A stretch of DNA of 64,000 nt from Candidatus Cloacimonadales bacterium. Its GTDB lineage: Bacteria > Cloacimonadota > Cloacimonadia > Cloacimonadales > WRIO01. The notes beneath the pieces were generated by a model, which saw only the letters and a program-made list of their open reading frames with translations, did no database searches and was not told where the DNA came from. The stretch spans positions 4,971-68,970 of the forward strand of contig JBAZCP010000003.1 in NCBI GenBank assembly GCA_041654875.1, written 5' to 3'. The first letter of the stretch is position 1. Each line of letters starts with the position of its first letter. Positions 54,882-64,000 of this stretch are shown here, one piece after another. The position numbers and the translations under genes were made by a program.

Positions 54882-56090
54882 ATGAAAAATGTGATTAAAA
54901 TACTTCTCATGTGTACAAGACTCGAAATAACGACAGAAATCGAATGTTATCTGAAAGGTCTTGAGATTAGATATCAATTGTACAAAGCTTTAGACACAGA
55001 CCAGTTAAAAGAAATATTATCAAAAGAAAGCATTGATTTAATTGTACTTGATATCGGATTACACAAAATTGGTTTTCTTGAGATACTTACTTTTATCAAA
55101 GAATCTTATCCACACCTTGTAAGAATATTAATAGCTGAAGAGTGGTCTAAAGAACTTGTAATTAAAACTAATGATTTAGTGCATCAAATTATCGAAAAAA
55201 GCCTGTTAAAAGATACATTAGTCGATACAATCATCAGAGCAAAACAAATGAGAATATTACTTAAAAATAATAATCTTGTAAAGCTTATAAATTCGTTCGA
55301 TGAATTGCCAATTATGCAAAGTATTTATATTGATTTATTGCACTCGCTTGGCTCACCAGAAGTACATCTGAAAAGGATTTCTGATATAATTGAAAAAGAC
55401 TATGCCCTAACTGCAAAAGTACTGCAAGTATCAAATATGTCAGTTTTTAGCCATATCGGTAGAATAAACAGTGTTCAGCAAGCTGTAATTTTTCTCGGCA
55501 CAAATGTAATCAAAGCTATTATATATTATTTACAAGTCTTTAGTTTCGAAAACCACGATCTCAAAGAACATAAATTTATCAAACAACTTGAAAGCCATAG
55601 CAATAAGGTTGCCGAGTTCGCTAAAACATGTGCAAAATATTATAAATGCTCTCAAGAAACACAAGATCACACTTATACTGCCGCACTATTGCATGACATA
55701 GGCAAGTTAATAATCGTAACAAAATCAAACCAATGGGAGGATATTGTTGCATATGCAAATGACAACAACACATCAATCAATAATGCTGAAAAAACTATTT
55801 TGGGCACCACTCATGCTGAAATTGGTGCTTATTTATTAAGCTTATGGGGTTTTCCGATTAAAGTTGTTAATGCTGTTGCATATCATCACCAACCTTCTAC
55901 AATAAAGCAAAATGAGATATCTCCTTTAACTTGTGTCCATATTAGTGAGTCATTGATCAATGGCGAGTCTCTTGATAGTCAAACCAATATATATGAATAT
56001 CTTGATGCAAACTACTTAGAAAAACTCGGAATTGCAGGAGATTTGCCAATACTACTTAGTCTGTTTAATGAAAATCTCGCTGGAAATTAA
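54882..56090 (+). CDS. Degenerate receiver domain + HDOD domain signalling protein
   Basis: HDOD region (ELPIMQSIYIDLLHSL...LTAKVLQVSNMSVF...LLHDIGKLI...HAEIGAYLL). The ATG at 54882 follows AGGAGG. The track TTG at 54843 is unlikely. Confidence 0.85.
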   Translation: MKNVIKILLMCTRLEITTEIECYLKGLEIRYQLYKALDTDQLKEILSKESIDLIVLDIGLHKIGFLEILTFIKESYPHLVRILIAEEWSKELVIKTNDLVHQIIEKSLLKDTLVDTIIRAKQMRILLKNNNLVKLINSFDELPIMQSIYIDLLHSLGSPEVHLKRISDIIEKDYALTAKVLQVSNMSVFSHIGRINSVQQAVIFLGTNVIKAIIYYLQVFSFENHDLKEHKFIKQLESHSNKVAEFAKTCAKYYKCSQETQDHTYTAALLHDIGKLIIVTKSNQWEDIVAYANDNNTSINNAEKTILGTTHAEIGAYLLSLWGFPIKVVNAVAYHHQPSTIKQNEISPLTCVHISESLINGESLDSQTNIYEYLDANYLEKLGIAGDLPILLSLFNENLAGN

Positions 56091-56170
56091 TATAATAAGT
56101 TAAAACCATTTGCGGCTACAAATATTGCTTCTTGTTTATCAAATTGAATAATAAATGAGAAATATTTTTC

Positions 56171-56198
56171 TTGCAAAAGACTCAAAACTGATTATATT
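56171..56198 (+). promoter_or_regulatory. Candidate sigma70-type promoter reading into copy 3 of the intergenic element
   Basis: TTGCAA (56171-76), 16 nt, TATATT (56193-98). Confidence 0.4.
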
Positions 56199-56214
56199 AA
56201 GAAGTATAGTTGTG

Positions 56215-56241
56215 TTTTAAGTATTTTAAGTATTTTAAGTA
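56215..56241. repeat. Tandem repeat, 3 x 9 nt (TTTTAAGTA)
   Basis: Three perfect head-to-tail units are read directly from the sequence, followed by a partial fourth. Confidence 0.85.
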
Positions 56242-56282
56242 TTTAAATTCCTCATTAACACCCAATTACAACAGCTAAGCAT

Positions 56283-56365
56283 CCCCTTTGCAACCCCTTG
56301 TTTTTCCCTTAATTCTCCAAAGATGGCAGGGGGAGTATAAGAGGTATGAAGTAGGAGATATATTT
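56283..56365 (+). repeat. Copy 3 of the conserved intergenic element (more diverged)
   Basis: CCCCTTTGCAA then CCCCTTGTTTTTC (56283-56307), then TTCTCCAAAGATGGCAGGGGG (56313-33), then a purine-rich tail AGTATAAGAGGTATGAAGTAGGAG. Confidence 0.45.
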
Positions 56366-56521
56366 TAGTATTATGGTGAGAAAAACTAATATCAAAAATC
56401 GTTTAATAGGCAACAATGAAGTGTATTTCTTTAAAATTGTAATTATTCACAAGTTTGTAGAATTATATATTACAACCATTTAGTAATCATTATTAAAATC
56501 TATATAAAAAAGGAAGAATTA

Positions 56522-57280
56522 ATGAAAAAAATATCTGCCGTCTTAATTACAAAAAACGAAGAACATAATATCGAAAGGTGTTTAAAAAGCCTTAATTTTG
56601 CGGATGAGATAATTGTTTATGACACAGGCTCAACTGACAATACCATCACAATATGTAAAAGTTACAATTGTCTTGTGTTTCAAACAAACACGTGGGAAGG
56701 CTTTGGCATTGCAAAGCGAACTGCTGTAAGCTTTGCAAATAATGATTGGGTTTTTGTCATTGATGCAGACGAAGAAGTATCTAAAGAGTTAGGTGATTTT
56801 TTAGTTGAATTTAAATCTCAAAAAAATAGTTTATATGCATATCGAATCAAGAGAAATTCATATTATTTGAACAGAATGATCAAGTTTTCTGGTTGGCGAA
56901 AAGATTATACTCTACGTTTATTTAACCGCCAACACGCTAATTTCAATAGCAAGCTGGTTCACGAATCTGTTGTTTGCAACACATCTATTGGACAAGTCAA
57001 ACAATTGCTGCTACATTATCCTTATCCACAGTTACAGACCCATATAAAAAAGATAACTTTATATGCGGATTTAGGTGCTCAACAAGCGATAAAACAAGGC
57101 AAAAAGAGCTCTGTTTTTTATGCAATAATAAACGGGTTTTCAAAATTCTTGAAATCTTATCTTATTAAAGGAGGTATTTTTGATGGCAAAGAGGGACTAA
57201 TTATTGCAATTAATTCTGGGTTTAGTAACTATTTAAAATATTTATATATATGGGAAAAAAATAAAAATTTAAATAAATAA
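56522..57280 (+). CDS. Family 2 glycosyltransferase (LPS-core WaaE/KdtX-like)
   Basis: 252 aa. ISAVLITKNEEHNIERCL, YDTGSTDNT and IDADE motifs. Confidence 0.85.
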   Translation: MKKISAVLITKNEEHNIERCLKSLNFADEIIVYDTGSTDNTITICKSYNCLVFQTNTWEGFGIAKRTAVSFANNDWVFVIDADEEVSKELGDFLVEFKSQKNSLYAYRIKRNSYYLNRMIKFSGWRKDYTLRLFNRQHANFNSKLVHESVVCNTSIGQVKQLLLHYPYPQLQTHIKKITLYADLGAQQAIKQGKKSSVFYAIINGFSKFLKSYLIKGGIFDGKEGLIIAINSGFSNYLKYLYIWEKNKNLNK

Positions 57281-57448
57281 TATTAAGCTATTTGGTTTTG
57301 GTCCATAACTCAATTATCCTTTTTTTATTAAAGAGCATAAGTTTCGCATTTTTTGCTAATCATTTGCAGCACAATTTTATCAGATGTAATGCAGAACTTC
57401 TTGACATATATATCAATAATTTTTATTTTGTAATTAGGAGGACTTTAT

Positions 57449-58462
57449 ATGTCTAATATCGTAATCATAGGTGGTGGAAGTTGGGGGCTCGCAATGGCTC
57501 AACTACTATCTATTCAACACAATATCAAGGTCTGGGAATACAATTTAGAATTTGTAAAAGAATTACAAAAAACCAAGACAAATACAAAACTACTTCCTGA
57601 CTTAATACTCAATGATAGTATTTTCTTCAGCAATGATAAAACAGAAATATTTGCAGATAAAAGTATAGATATGATTATCATAGCAACACCTGTATCTTTC
57701 ATAAGAAACACAATAAAATCATTTATAGAACACATAAAAGAATGCAAAAACTTAAAAGCAATAGTAAATTTGGCAAAGGGGTTGGAACAGAATTCACACA
57801 AGAGAGTCTCAGAAATATTAAAAGACGAGCTGCCAACAAAATATCACCATATAATATGCACATTATCTGGACCAAGCCATGCAGAAGAAGTCTCAAGAAA
57901 TATCCCTACAACCGTCGTAATAGCGGGTGACGATTTGAATGCAGTGCATTATGCAAGAGACAAAATCAGCTCGCCATACTTTAGAGTTTACTCATCTAAT
58001 GATCTGATTGGTGTAGAATTAGGTGGCACAATCAAAAATATTATTGCCATAGCAGCTGGCATTATAGATGGATTGCAATTGGGGGATAATACAAAAGGTG
58101 CACTGCTTACGAGAGGAATAGCAGAAATAATACGTTTAGGGGTAGCACTCGGAGCAAAAACAGAAACCTTTTCAGGACTATCAGGAATTGGTGATCTAAT
58201 CACAACAGCTATTTCTACACATTCCCGCAACAGACATGTTGGCTTTGAACTTGGTAAGGGCCGTAAACTTGATGACATTTTAAATTCAATGACTATGGTA
58301 GCAGAAGGTGTATATTCAAGTAAAGCAATATGGGAGCTAAAAGAGCAGTTGAATGTTGAGATGCCAATTGTGGATGAAGTTTATCAAGTATTATTCTTTA
58401 ACAAACCTTCATTTCAGGCATTAAATGACTTAATGACAAGGGAGCTTAAAGATGAAGTTTAA
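57449..58462 (+). CDS. gpsA: NAD(P)H-dependent glycerol-3-phosphate dehydrogenase
   Basis: 337 aa. IIGGGSWG Rossmann motif, GPSHAEEV, and GELGGTIKNIIAIAAG. Confidence 0.95.
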   Translation: MSNIVIIGGGSWGLAMAQLLSIQHNIKVWEYNLEFVKELQKTKTNTKLLPDLILNDSIFFSNDKTEIFADKSIDMIIIATPVSFIRNTIKSFIEHIKECKNLKAIVNLAKGLEQNSHKRVSEILKDELPTKYHHIICTLSGPSHAEEVSRNIPTTVVIAGDDLNAVHYARDKISSPYFRVYSSNDLIGVELGGTIKNIIAIAAGIIDGLQLGDNTKGALLTRGIAEIIRLGVALGAKTETFSGLSGIGDLITTAISTHSRNRHVGFELGKGRKLDDILNSMTMVAEGVYSSKAIWELKEQLNVEMPIVDEVYQVLFFNKPSFQALNDLMTRELKDEV

Positions 58463-59153
58463 TGATATTATTGAAATTACAAAACTAATGTATGAAAAAG
58501 GTTGGGCAGAAAGAAATGCTGGGAATTTTTCAATTAGATTGACTGCTACTGAAAAAAATATGCTTGAGAACGATTTCCAAAATGTTGAAGAATTATGCAT
58601 TGATAATAGACAAAACATTCTTAGGCACGATATAAATCTACTTATCTCTGTCAGTGGTTCACGGTTTAGAACAATCCACACAAACTTAATTAATAATATT
58701 GGTATTTTATCAATAAACTTTAGTAAACAAAAAGCTATGTGGTATCATAATGGTCATATACCAACTTCAGAATGGATGTCGCACTTGAGAATCCATAATA
58801 AATTTCTTGATATTAATAGCACAAATAAGTGTATTATTCATACTCACCCAACAGAGTTGATTGCCTTCTCTCATAAATTAAATGATAAAAATGAAGACTA
58901 TATCAATACTGTTTTAGCCAACATGATGCCAGAGGTAAGTTTATTTATCCCAAAAGGCATAGGATTAGTCTCTGATTTTGCCATGGGCTCAGAAGATCTC
59001 GCAAAAGCCTCAGAAGAAAAAATAGTAAACTATGATATTCTTCTTTGGCAAAAGCATGGCTGCTTAGCAACAGGAAAGAATTTTTGGGAGTTATTTGAAT
59101 CAATCGAATTAGTCAACAAAGCCGCAAAGATATATCTTTTATGTGGTTTTTAA
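58452..59153 (+). CDS. Class II aldolase/adducin-family protein
   Basis: 233 aa. EKGWAERNAGNFSIRL and IIHTHP motifs. It overlaps gpsA by 11 nt. Confidence 0.75.
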   Translation: MKFNDIIEITKLMYEKGWAERNAGNFSIRLTATEKNMLENDFQNVEELCIDNRQNILRHDINLLISVSGSRFRTIHTNLINNIGILSINFSKQKAMWYHNGHIPTSEWMSHLRIHNKFLDINSTNKCIIHTHPTELIAFSHKLNDKNEDYINTVLANMMPEVSLFIPKGIGLVSDFAMGSEDLAKASEEKIVNYDILLWQKHGCLATGKNFWELFESIELVNKAAKIYLLCGF

Positions 59154-59230
59154 TAATTAAAAGCTTGACACTAAAAGCAAGAAGCTTAGATTGTAATTAT
59201 TCAAAAAATATATAATATAGGAGGACATAT

Positions 59231-59449
59231 ATGAAAGGTACTGTTAAATGGTTTAATTCTAATAAAGGCTATGGATTTATCATAACCGATGAGGGAAAAG
59301 AGTATTTTGTACATTGGAAATCAATAGTTACAAAAAAGCCAACAGAATTAAAAACTTTAGATAAAGACGAACAGGTTCAATTTGATTTGATTGAAACTAA
59401 TAAAGGTATTCAGGCAATCAATGTAGTTCGTTTACAAAGTGATATATAA
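59231..59449 (+). CDS. Cold-shock domain protein (CspA family)
   Basis: GTVKWFNSNKGYGFI (RNP1) and YFVHW (RNP2-like). AGGAGG RBS. Confidence 0.9.
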   Translation: MKGTVKWFNSNKGYGFIITDEGKEYFVHWKSIVTKKPTELKTLDKDEQVQFDLIETNKGIQAINVVRLQSDI

Positions 59450-59480
59450 TAATTATTTTTTTACTAAAAGAGGTTAAAAT

Positions 59481-61238
59481 TTGTCATTTTTACCAACAAG
59501 CAAAAAAGAGATGCAAGAACTTGGCTGGAATCAAGCAGACATCATACTTATCAGTGGTGACGCTTATGTTGATCACCCAAGCTTTGCTGCAGCTATAATT
59601 GGTCGTTATTTAGAATCATGTGGCTACAAGGTAGCAATAATTCCTCAACCTGATATAAATTTAAAAGAAGATTTTACAAAACTTGGCGAGCCTCGTTTAT
59701 TTTTTGGAGTCACATCAGGAAACATGGACTCTATGGTTAATCATTACACTGCACAGAATAGAATTAGAACAGATGATGCTTATTCTCCCGAAGGTAAAGC
59801 AGGCTTGAGACCTAATCGTGCTGTAATGATTTATACTCAAAAACTTAAGACGTATTTTAAAAAAACACCAATAGTTATTGGAGGAATTGAATCTTCTTTA
59901 CGTCGTATACCTCATTATGACTATTGGACCAATTCAGTAAAAAACTCTGTTCTTATTGATTGTAAAGCGGATATATTAGTTTATGGCTCTGGTGAAAATC
60001 AGATAAAGGAAATTGCACAAAGAATAGAAAACAAACAAAGTCTCGAAAATATCAAAGGCACTGTAATTATTAGCAATACGAAGCCAGATCAATCTGTAGA
60101 TTTACCTGAATTTAAGCTTGTAAAAGAAAAACACGATTATTTTCAGATGATGAAAAAGTTCTATGACAACTACCAAAATAATACGCTTGTAATACCGCAT
60201 TTAAATCGTTTCTTAGTACATTATCCGCCGACAAGCCCACTGACAACTGAAGAAATAGACAAGATTTATGGGCTAAAATTTATGCGTGAACCACATCCTT
60301 TTTATAAAAATAAAAAAATACCAGCATTTGAACAGATTAAAGAATCGATAACAGCACATAGAGGTTGTTTCGGAGGCTGTAATTTTTGTGCTATCGGATT
60401 ACATCAAGGAAAATCAATACAATCACGTTCAGAACAGTCTATTTTGGATGAAATAAATACGATAAGTAGCAAGAAATACTTTGAAGGAATAATATCTGAT
60501 ATAGGTGGTCCAAGTGCGAATATGTATGGTCTTTATTGTAAACTCCATATATCTGAAACATGTAAAAAACAATCTTGTCTATATCCTGAAATATGCTCTC
60601 AGCTTGAAACTTCTCAAAAAGCTTATACCGACCTCCTTCAAAAAGCAAAAAAACAAGCAAAAATTAAAAAGATTTTTGTATCATCTGGTGTTAGATTTGA
60701 CTTAGCTCTTAGGGATAACAGATTTAGCAAAGATTTGGTTAAATACTACACAGGAGGGCATTTAAAGCTTGCACCTGAACATGTAAATGACAAAGTCTTA
60801 CATCTTATGTATAAACCTAACAAAAAAGTATATGATGAATTCTGCAAATTGTTTTCAAGCATTTCAGAAGAAAATGGTAAAAAACAGTATATTTTGCCTT
60901 ATATAATTGTAGGGCATCCAGGTACAGATTTGGAATCAGCTTTAGAGCTTGCAATATACCTAAAAGACAATAATCTTAAAATTAAACAGATACAGGAGTT
61001 CACACCTACGCCCATGTCTAAGAGTACATTAATGTATTATTCTGAATTGGATTTTGAAACAGGCAAAAAAATATATGTACCAAAAGGAAGAGAAATTAGG
61101 CTACAAAAGGCTTTATCTCAGTGGTTTATGCCTGAAAACAAAAAATATGTGTATGAGGCATTAAAAGAATTGAATAGATTAGATTTACTCGATTATTTTC
61201 TTGGAGAAAAAAAAGAAAGTCAAAGGAGGAGGAAATGA
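59481..61238 (+). CDS. ygiQ: YgiQ-family (UPF0313) radical SAM protein
   Basis: 585 aa. The N-terminus FLPTSKKEMQELGW..DIILISGDAYVDHPSF is typical of YgiQ. The Cys motif is CFGGCNFC. TTG start. Confidence 0.9.
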   Translation: MSFLPTSKKEMQELGWNQADIILISGDAYVDHPSFAAAIIGRYLESCGYKVAIIPQPDINLKEDFTKLGEPRLFFGVTSGNMDSMVNHYTAQNRIRTDDAYSPEGKAGLRPNRAVMIYTQKLKTYFKKTPIVIGGIESSLRRIPHYDYWTNSVKNSVLIDCKADILVYGSGENQIKEIAQRIENKQSLENIKGTVIISNTKPDQSVDLPEFKLVKEKHDYFQMMKKFYDNYQNNTLVIPHLNRFLVHYPPTSPLTTEEIDKIYGLKFMREPHPFYKNKKIPAFEQIKESITAHRGCFGGCNFCAIGLHQGKSIQSRSEQSILDEINTISSKKYFEGIISDIGGPSANMYGLYCKLHISETCKKQSCLYPEICSQLETSQKAYTDLLQKAKKQAKIKKIFVSSGVRFDLALRDNRFSKDLVKYYTGGHLKLAPEHVNDKVLHLMYKPNKKVYDEFCKLFSSISEENGKKQYILPYIIVGHPGTDLESALELAIYLKDNNLKIKQIQEFTPTPMSKSTLMYYSELDFETGKKIYVPKGREIRLQKALSQWFMPENKKYVYEALKELNRLDLLDYFLGEKKESQRRRK

Positions 61239-61984
61239 CAAATTTGGCTTTGGTTGGGTATGGCAAAATGGGACATATGATTTATGAACAAGCTAAGGAA
61301 AAAGGGTACTCTGTCGAGGCAATTGTAGATCCTAACACTAATAACTTTTTAAAATCATTAGAGGATTTACGAAATAAAAATATTGACGTGTGCATAGATT
61401 TTTCACGCCCTGATGCTGCGTTTGATAATATAAAAAAATATGCTCAAATTGGCATCAATGCAGTAGTTGGAACAACTGGTTGGTATGACAAGATGAGTGA
61501 AGTTGAGAATCTTGTAGCAGAAGCAAATATTGGCATGATTTTTGGTGCTAACTTTTCAGTCGGAATGAATATTTATTACCAAATCCTTGAACAATGCATC
61601 GGACTATTCAACAAGCTGCCAGAATATGATATTTATGGATATGAATCTCATCATCGACAAAAAGCTGATAGTCCATCTGGCACAGCAAAAGAAATATGTT
61701 CACTTGTTTTGGATAAGTCAGTAAAAAAAGAATCTATTGTTTATGATAAATTAGATAGAGCACCAAAACATAGTGAATTACACTTCGCAAGCATAAGAGG
61801 TGGCTCAATACCAGGCACTCATGTTTTGGGTTTTGACTCTTTTGCAGATTCCATCGAAATTAAGCATACAGCAAGAAATAGAGAAGGCTTTGCATCTGGA
61901 GCCCTACTGGCTGCAAATTGGATTAAAGGGAAAAAAGGATTTTATAACTTTAAGTCAATATTTGGAGAAATCATAAATGCATAA
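61235..61984 (+). CDS. dapB: 4-hydroxy-tetrahydrodipicolinate reductase
   Basis: 249 aa. VGYGKMG nucleotide-binding motif, ESHHRQKADSPSGTA signature, and GTHVLGF. Confidence 0.93.
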   Translation: MTNLALVGYGKMGHMIYEQAKEKGYSVEAIVDPNTNNFLKSLEDLRNKNIDVCIDFSRPDAAFDNIKKYAQIGINAVVGTTGWYDKMSEVENLVAEANIGMIFGANFSVGMNIYYQILEQCIGLFNKLPEYDIYGYESHHRQKADSPSGTAKEICSLVLDKSVKKESIVYDKLDRAPKHSELHFASIRGGSIPGTHVLGFDSFADSIEIKHTARNREGFASGALLAANWIKGKKGFYNFKSIFGEIINA

Positions 61985-62774
61985 AATACCTTTCATAAAA
62001 ATGCACGGACAAGGTAATGATTATTTATTTATGTTTGAAAAAGATATCAGACACATAAAAAACATAAATAAATTGTCTATTGCTATGTCAGAAAGGCACT
62101 TTGGAGCTGGTGCAGACGGTATTGTCATATTGACAGAAACCGATGAAGCCGATATAAAGATGGATATTTATAATGCTGATGGAACATTTGCTGAAATGTG
62201 TGGTACTGCTTTACGGTGCACAGTGAGCTTAATAGCAAAAAAGTTAAACCAAGAATCAATAAGAATCTTGACTTCTAATGGCGTTAAAACAGGTTCTTTG
62301 AAGAAAGATGATATAGTTGTAAATATGGGTAAAGCAGCCTTAATAGAATCTCAAATAGTCACACTTGATATCTCAAAAAGGCAGTTTTCTGGATATTATA
62401 TTTCAATGGGAAATCCACATTTTGTAATCTTTGAAAGACTAACAAACGACAAAGAGCTGGAATTGTGGGGACCTCAAATAGAACATGATCCTTTTTTTAT
62501 TAACAAAACTAACGTTGAATTTGTAGAAATATTGCCAAATAACGAGTTAAATATAAAAGTTTGGGAGCGAGGTAGTGGCATTACTTTAGCTTGTGGTACA
62601 GGAGCATCAGCCAGTGCTTTTGCAGCTTATAAATTTATGAACATGCCGAATAAACTTAAAACACACTTGCCAGGAGGAGAATTAATAGTATTTCTTGACA
62701 AAAATGAGGATATTTTTGTAATAGGTTCAGTAACAGAAGTATATGAAGGTAAATTTTATTATAAAGAGGTTTAG
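61977..62774 (+). CDS. dapF: Diaminopimelate epimerase
   Basis: 265 aa. FIKMHGQGNDYLF. The two catalytic Cys contexts are present (EMCGTALRC, ITLACGTGASA). Confidence 0.93.
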   Translation: MHKIPFIKMHGQGNDYLFMFEKDIRHIKNINKLSIAMSERHFGAGADGIVILTETDEADIKMDIYNADGTFAEMCGTALRCTVSLIAKKLNQESIRILTSNGVKTGSLKKDDIVVNMGKAALIESQIVTLDISKRQFSGYYISMGNPHFVIFERLTNDKELELWGPQIEHDPFFINKTNVEFVEILPNNELNIKVWERGSGITLACGTGASASAFAAYKFMNMPNKLKTHLPGGELIVFLDKNEDIFVIGSVTEVYEGKFYYKEV

Positions 62775-63413
62775 ATGAATAGCATTGGAACTTATTTAAA
62801 AAGCTTAAGAGAAAGTAGACAGCTAACAGTCAACGACCTTGCAAAAAAAAGCAGAATGAGACCTAATATTATTGAAGATATTGAAGCTGATAACTTGCAA
62901 GAACTATTTGAATCTGGACATTTGAAAATATTTATTATATCTTTAGGCAAGTTCTTAGAGGCAGATCAACCAAGCATTAATAAAATGTTAGAACTTGTAG
63001 ATAAGAAATTTGATATAGAAAGTATAAATAAAGTGCAGCTTTTAGAGCATGTGCCAGCAAAAAAGATAATAATTTCATCAAATGCTATATATTCAATACT
63101 TTTGTCTCTTTTCATTATTGCAATTACTCTTGTTGTGATATACTTCAAAAAAGAAGGCAAGCTTGATATTGCTCAAATTAGAAATGAATTAATAGCAAAA
63201 AAATCTATTGTTATTCCCAAACCAAAAGTTGAAAACGATATAGTTAAAGACACAATTTGGGTAAAGCAACAAAAAGCACTTGAGCGAAAACAAACAGTAG
63301 ATTTTAAAGCAGAAAATGTGATCGATAACGCAAAAGTGTTTTATGATACAACAGACTATGTTAGCGATATCATTTTTGACAACAAATATAGCGATTTAAA
63401 TCCCGAGTTATAG
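62775..63413 (+). CDS. RodZ-like HTH (HTH_25) single-pass membrane protein
   Basis: N-terminal IGTYLKSLRESRQLTVNDLAKKSRMRPNIIEDIEADN, followed by one TM helix (IYSILLSLFIIAITLVVIYF). Confidence 0.65.
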   Translation: MNSIGTYLKSLRESRQLTVNDLAKKSRMRPNIIEDIEADNLQELFESGHLKIFIISLGKFLEADQPSINKMLELVDKKFDIESINKVQLLEHVPAKKIIISSNAIYSILLSLFIIAITLVVIYFKKEGKLDIAQIRNELIAKKSIVIPKPKVENDIVKDTIWVKQQKALERKQTVDFKAENVIDNAKVFYDTTDYVSDIIFDNKYSDLNPEL

Positions 63414-63444
63414 AGATTTTTAGCTAAACTATTTAGGAGAATAA

Positions 63445-64000
63445 TTGAAACTCAATAAAATTGATTTTAGGGATATGTTGTCAAATGTAGAAAAACCATC
63501 ACGATATATCAACCATGAACTTAATGCAATCCACAAAGAACCGACAGAAGAATTAGTTAACTTTTGTCTTGCTTTTCCTGATGTCTATGAAGTTGGAATA
63601 TCACACTTAGGCATCAAAATACTATATTCTATACTAAACAAAGCAGAAGATGCAATGGCAGATAGAGTTTATACACCATGGGTAGATTTTTCTGACATAC
63701 TTTTTAAAAACAATATACCTCTTTTTTCAATTGAATCTAAAGTTGCGGTTAAAGACTTTGATGTTGTTGCTTTTACGCTTCAAACAGAGCAAAATTATAC
63801 AAATATTTTATATACACTCGACCTTGCTCAGATACCTCTTTTAAGTAAAGATAGAGATTCTTCTTATCCTTTAATTATTGGCGGTGGCATAAATGCACTA
63901 AATCCCGAACCATTAGCAGACTTTTTTGATGCTATCTTGATTGGAGAAGGTGAAGAAGCTATTCTTGAGTTAAAAGATCTTATAAAAAACCATAAAAAGC
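63445..64000 (+). CDS. B12-binding-domain radical SAM protein (TIGR03960-like), N-terminal part; continues past the window end
   Basis: Not in the track because there is no stop. TTG 63445 follows AGGAG. The open frame reaches position 64000. Translation KLNKIDFRDMLSNVEKPSRYINHELNAIHKEP...AFPDVYEVGISHLGIKILY...LIIGGG matches that family from memory. Confidence 0.8.
   Translation, partial: MKLNKIDFRDMLSNVEKPSRYINHELNAIHKEPTEELVNFCLAFPDVYEVGISHLGIKILYSILNKAEDAMADRVYTPWVDFSDILFKNNIPLFSIESKVAVKDFDVVAFTLQTEQNYTNILYTLDLAQIPLLSKDRDSSYPLIIGGGINALNPEPLADFFDAILIGEGEEAILELKDLIKNHKK

Noticed and set aside
56372-56488. A 38-codon ORF (MVRKTNIKNRLIGNNEVYFFKIVIIHKFVELYITTI) just downstream of element copy 3, considered as a possible leader peptide or small protein
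   Set aside because: The nearest AGGAG lies 15 nt from the ATG, which is too far. The composition is typical of random AT-rich sequence, and there is no counterpart next to copies 1 and 2.
1-64000. Prophage, integrative element or known multi-gene defence system (CRISPR-Cas, RM, CBASS, retron, TA) anywhere in the window
   Set aside because: I recognise no integrase, transposase, phage structural genes, methyltransferase/restriction pair, cyclase/effector pair, reverse transcriptase or toxin-antitoxin pair. The only defence-like candidate is the single nuclease-helicase gene, which is reported separately as a hypothesis.

Overview
AT-rich bacterial chromosomal window with about 47 protein genes and 4 tRNAs, and no transposase, integrase, CRISPR array or rRNA. 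Strong AGGAGG ribosome-binding sites and TTGACA-type promoters are common. A giant protein ends in a ..NYPNPFNP.. C-terminal sorting domain. Together with the gene content (PFOR, hybrid-cluster protein, formiminotransferase-cyclodeaminase, many Fe-S/radical-SAM enzymes), this suggests an anaerobic fermenter from an FCB-related lineage such as Cloacimonadota. That assignment is inference only.

Gene content, left to right:
- Partial secreted beta-helix protein, a dCache chemoreceptor (N-terminus out of frame), nifJ/PFOR, and a response regulator plus hybrid kinase pair.
- A minus-strand cluster of four exported proteins of unknown function followed by a PD-(D/E)XK + SF1B nuclease-helicase.
- An XRE/S24 repressor, a secreted protein, an orphan P-loop NTPase, and a DEDDh exonuclease.
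- lon, a radical-SAM/SPASM enzyme, PiT + DUF47, an EFR1-type ferredoxin, and TetR / Fe-S protein / hcp.
- A 2724-aa modular surface protein, then GntR + ABC transporter.
- tRNA Gly-Cys-Leu-Gly, amrA/amrB, MATE, an isochorismatase-family gene, and a 949-aa M1-like peptidase/propeller/barrel protein.
- A TrmJ-like methyltransferase, a cNMP-binding regulator, ftcD, an HDOD protein, and a GT2 glycosyltransferase.
- gpsA, a class II aldolase, csp, ygiQ, dapB, dapF, a RodZ-like protein, and a partial radical-SAM gene.

Most unusual observation: a three-copy non-coding element (near 23.7, 42.25 and 56.3 kb) sits in the three longest intergenic gaps. Its core is TTCTCCAAGATAGCAGGGGG. It has a strand-specific G-U-compensated hairpin, a pyrimidine-rich 5' half and 11-nt tandem repeats. 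I cannot assign it to a known RNA or repeat family.

Secondary leads:
- The exported four-gene cluster apparently co-transcribed with the nuclease-helicase.
- The giant surface protein, which carries a gene-conversion signature between two of its modules.
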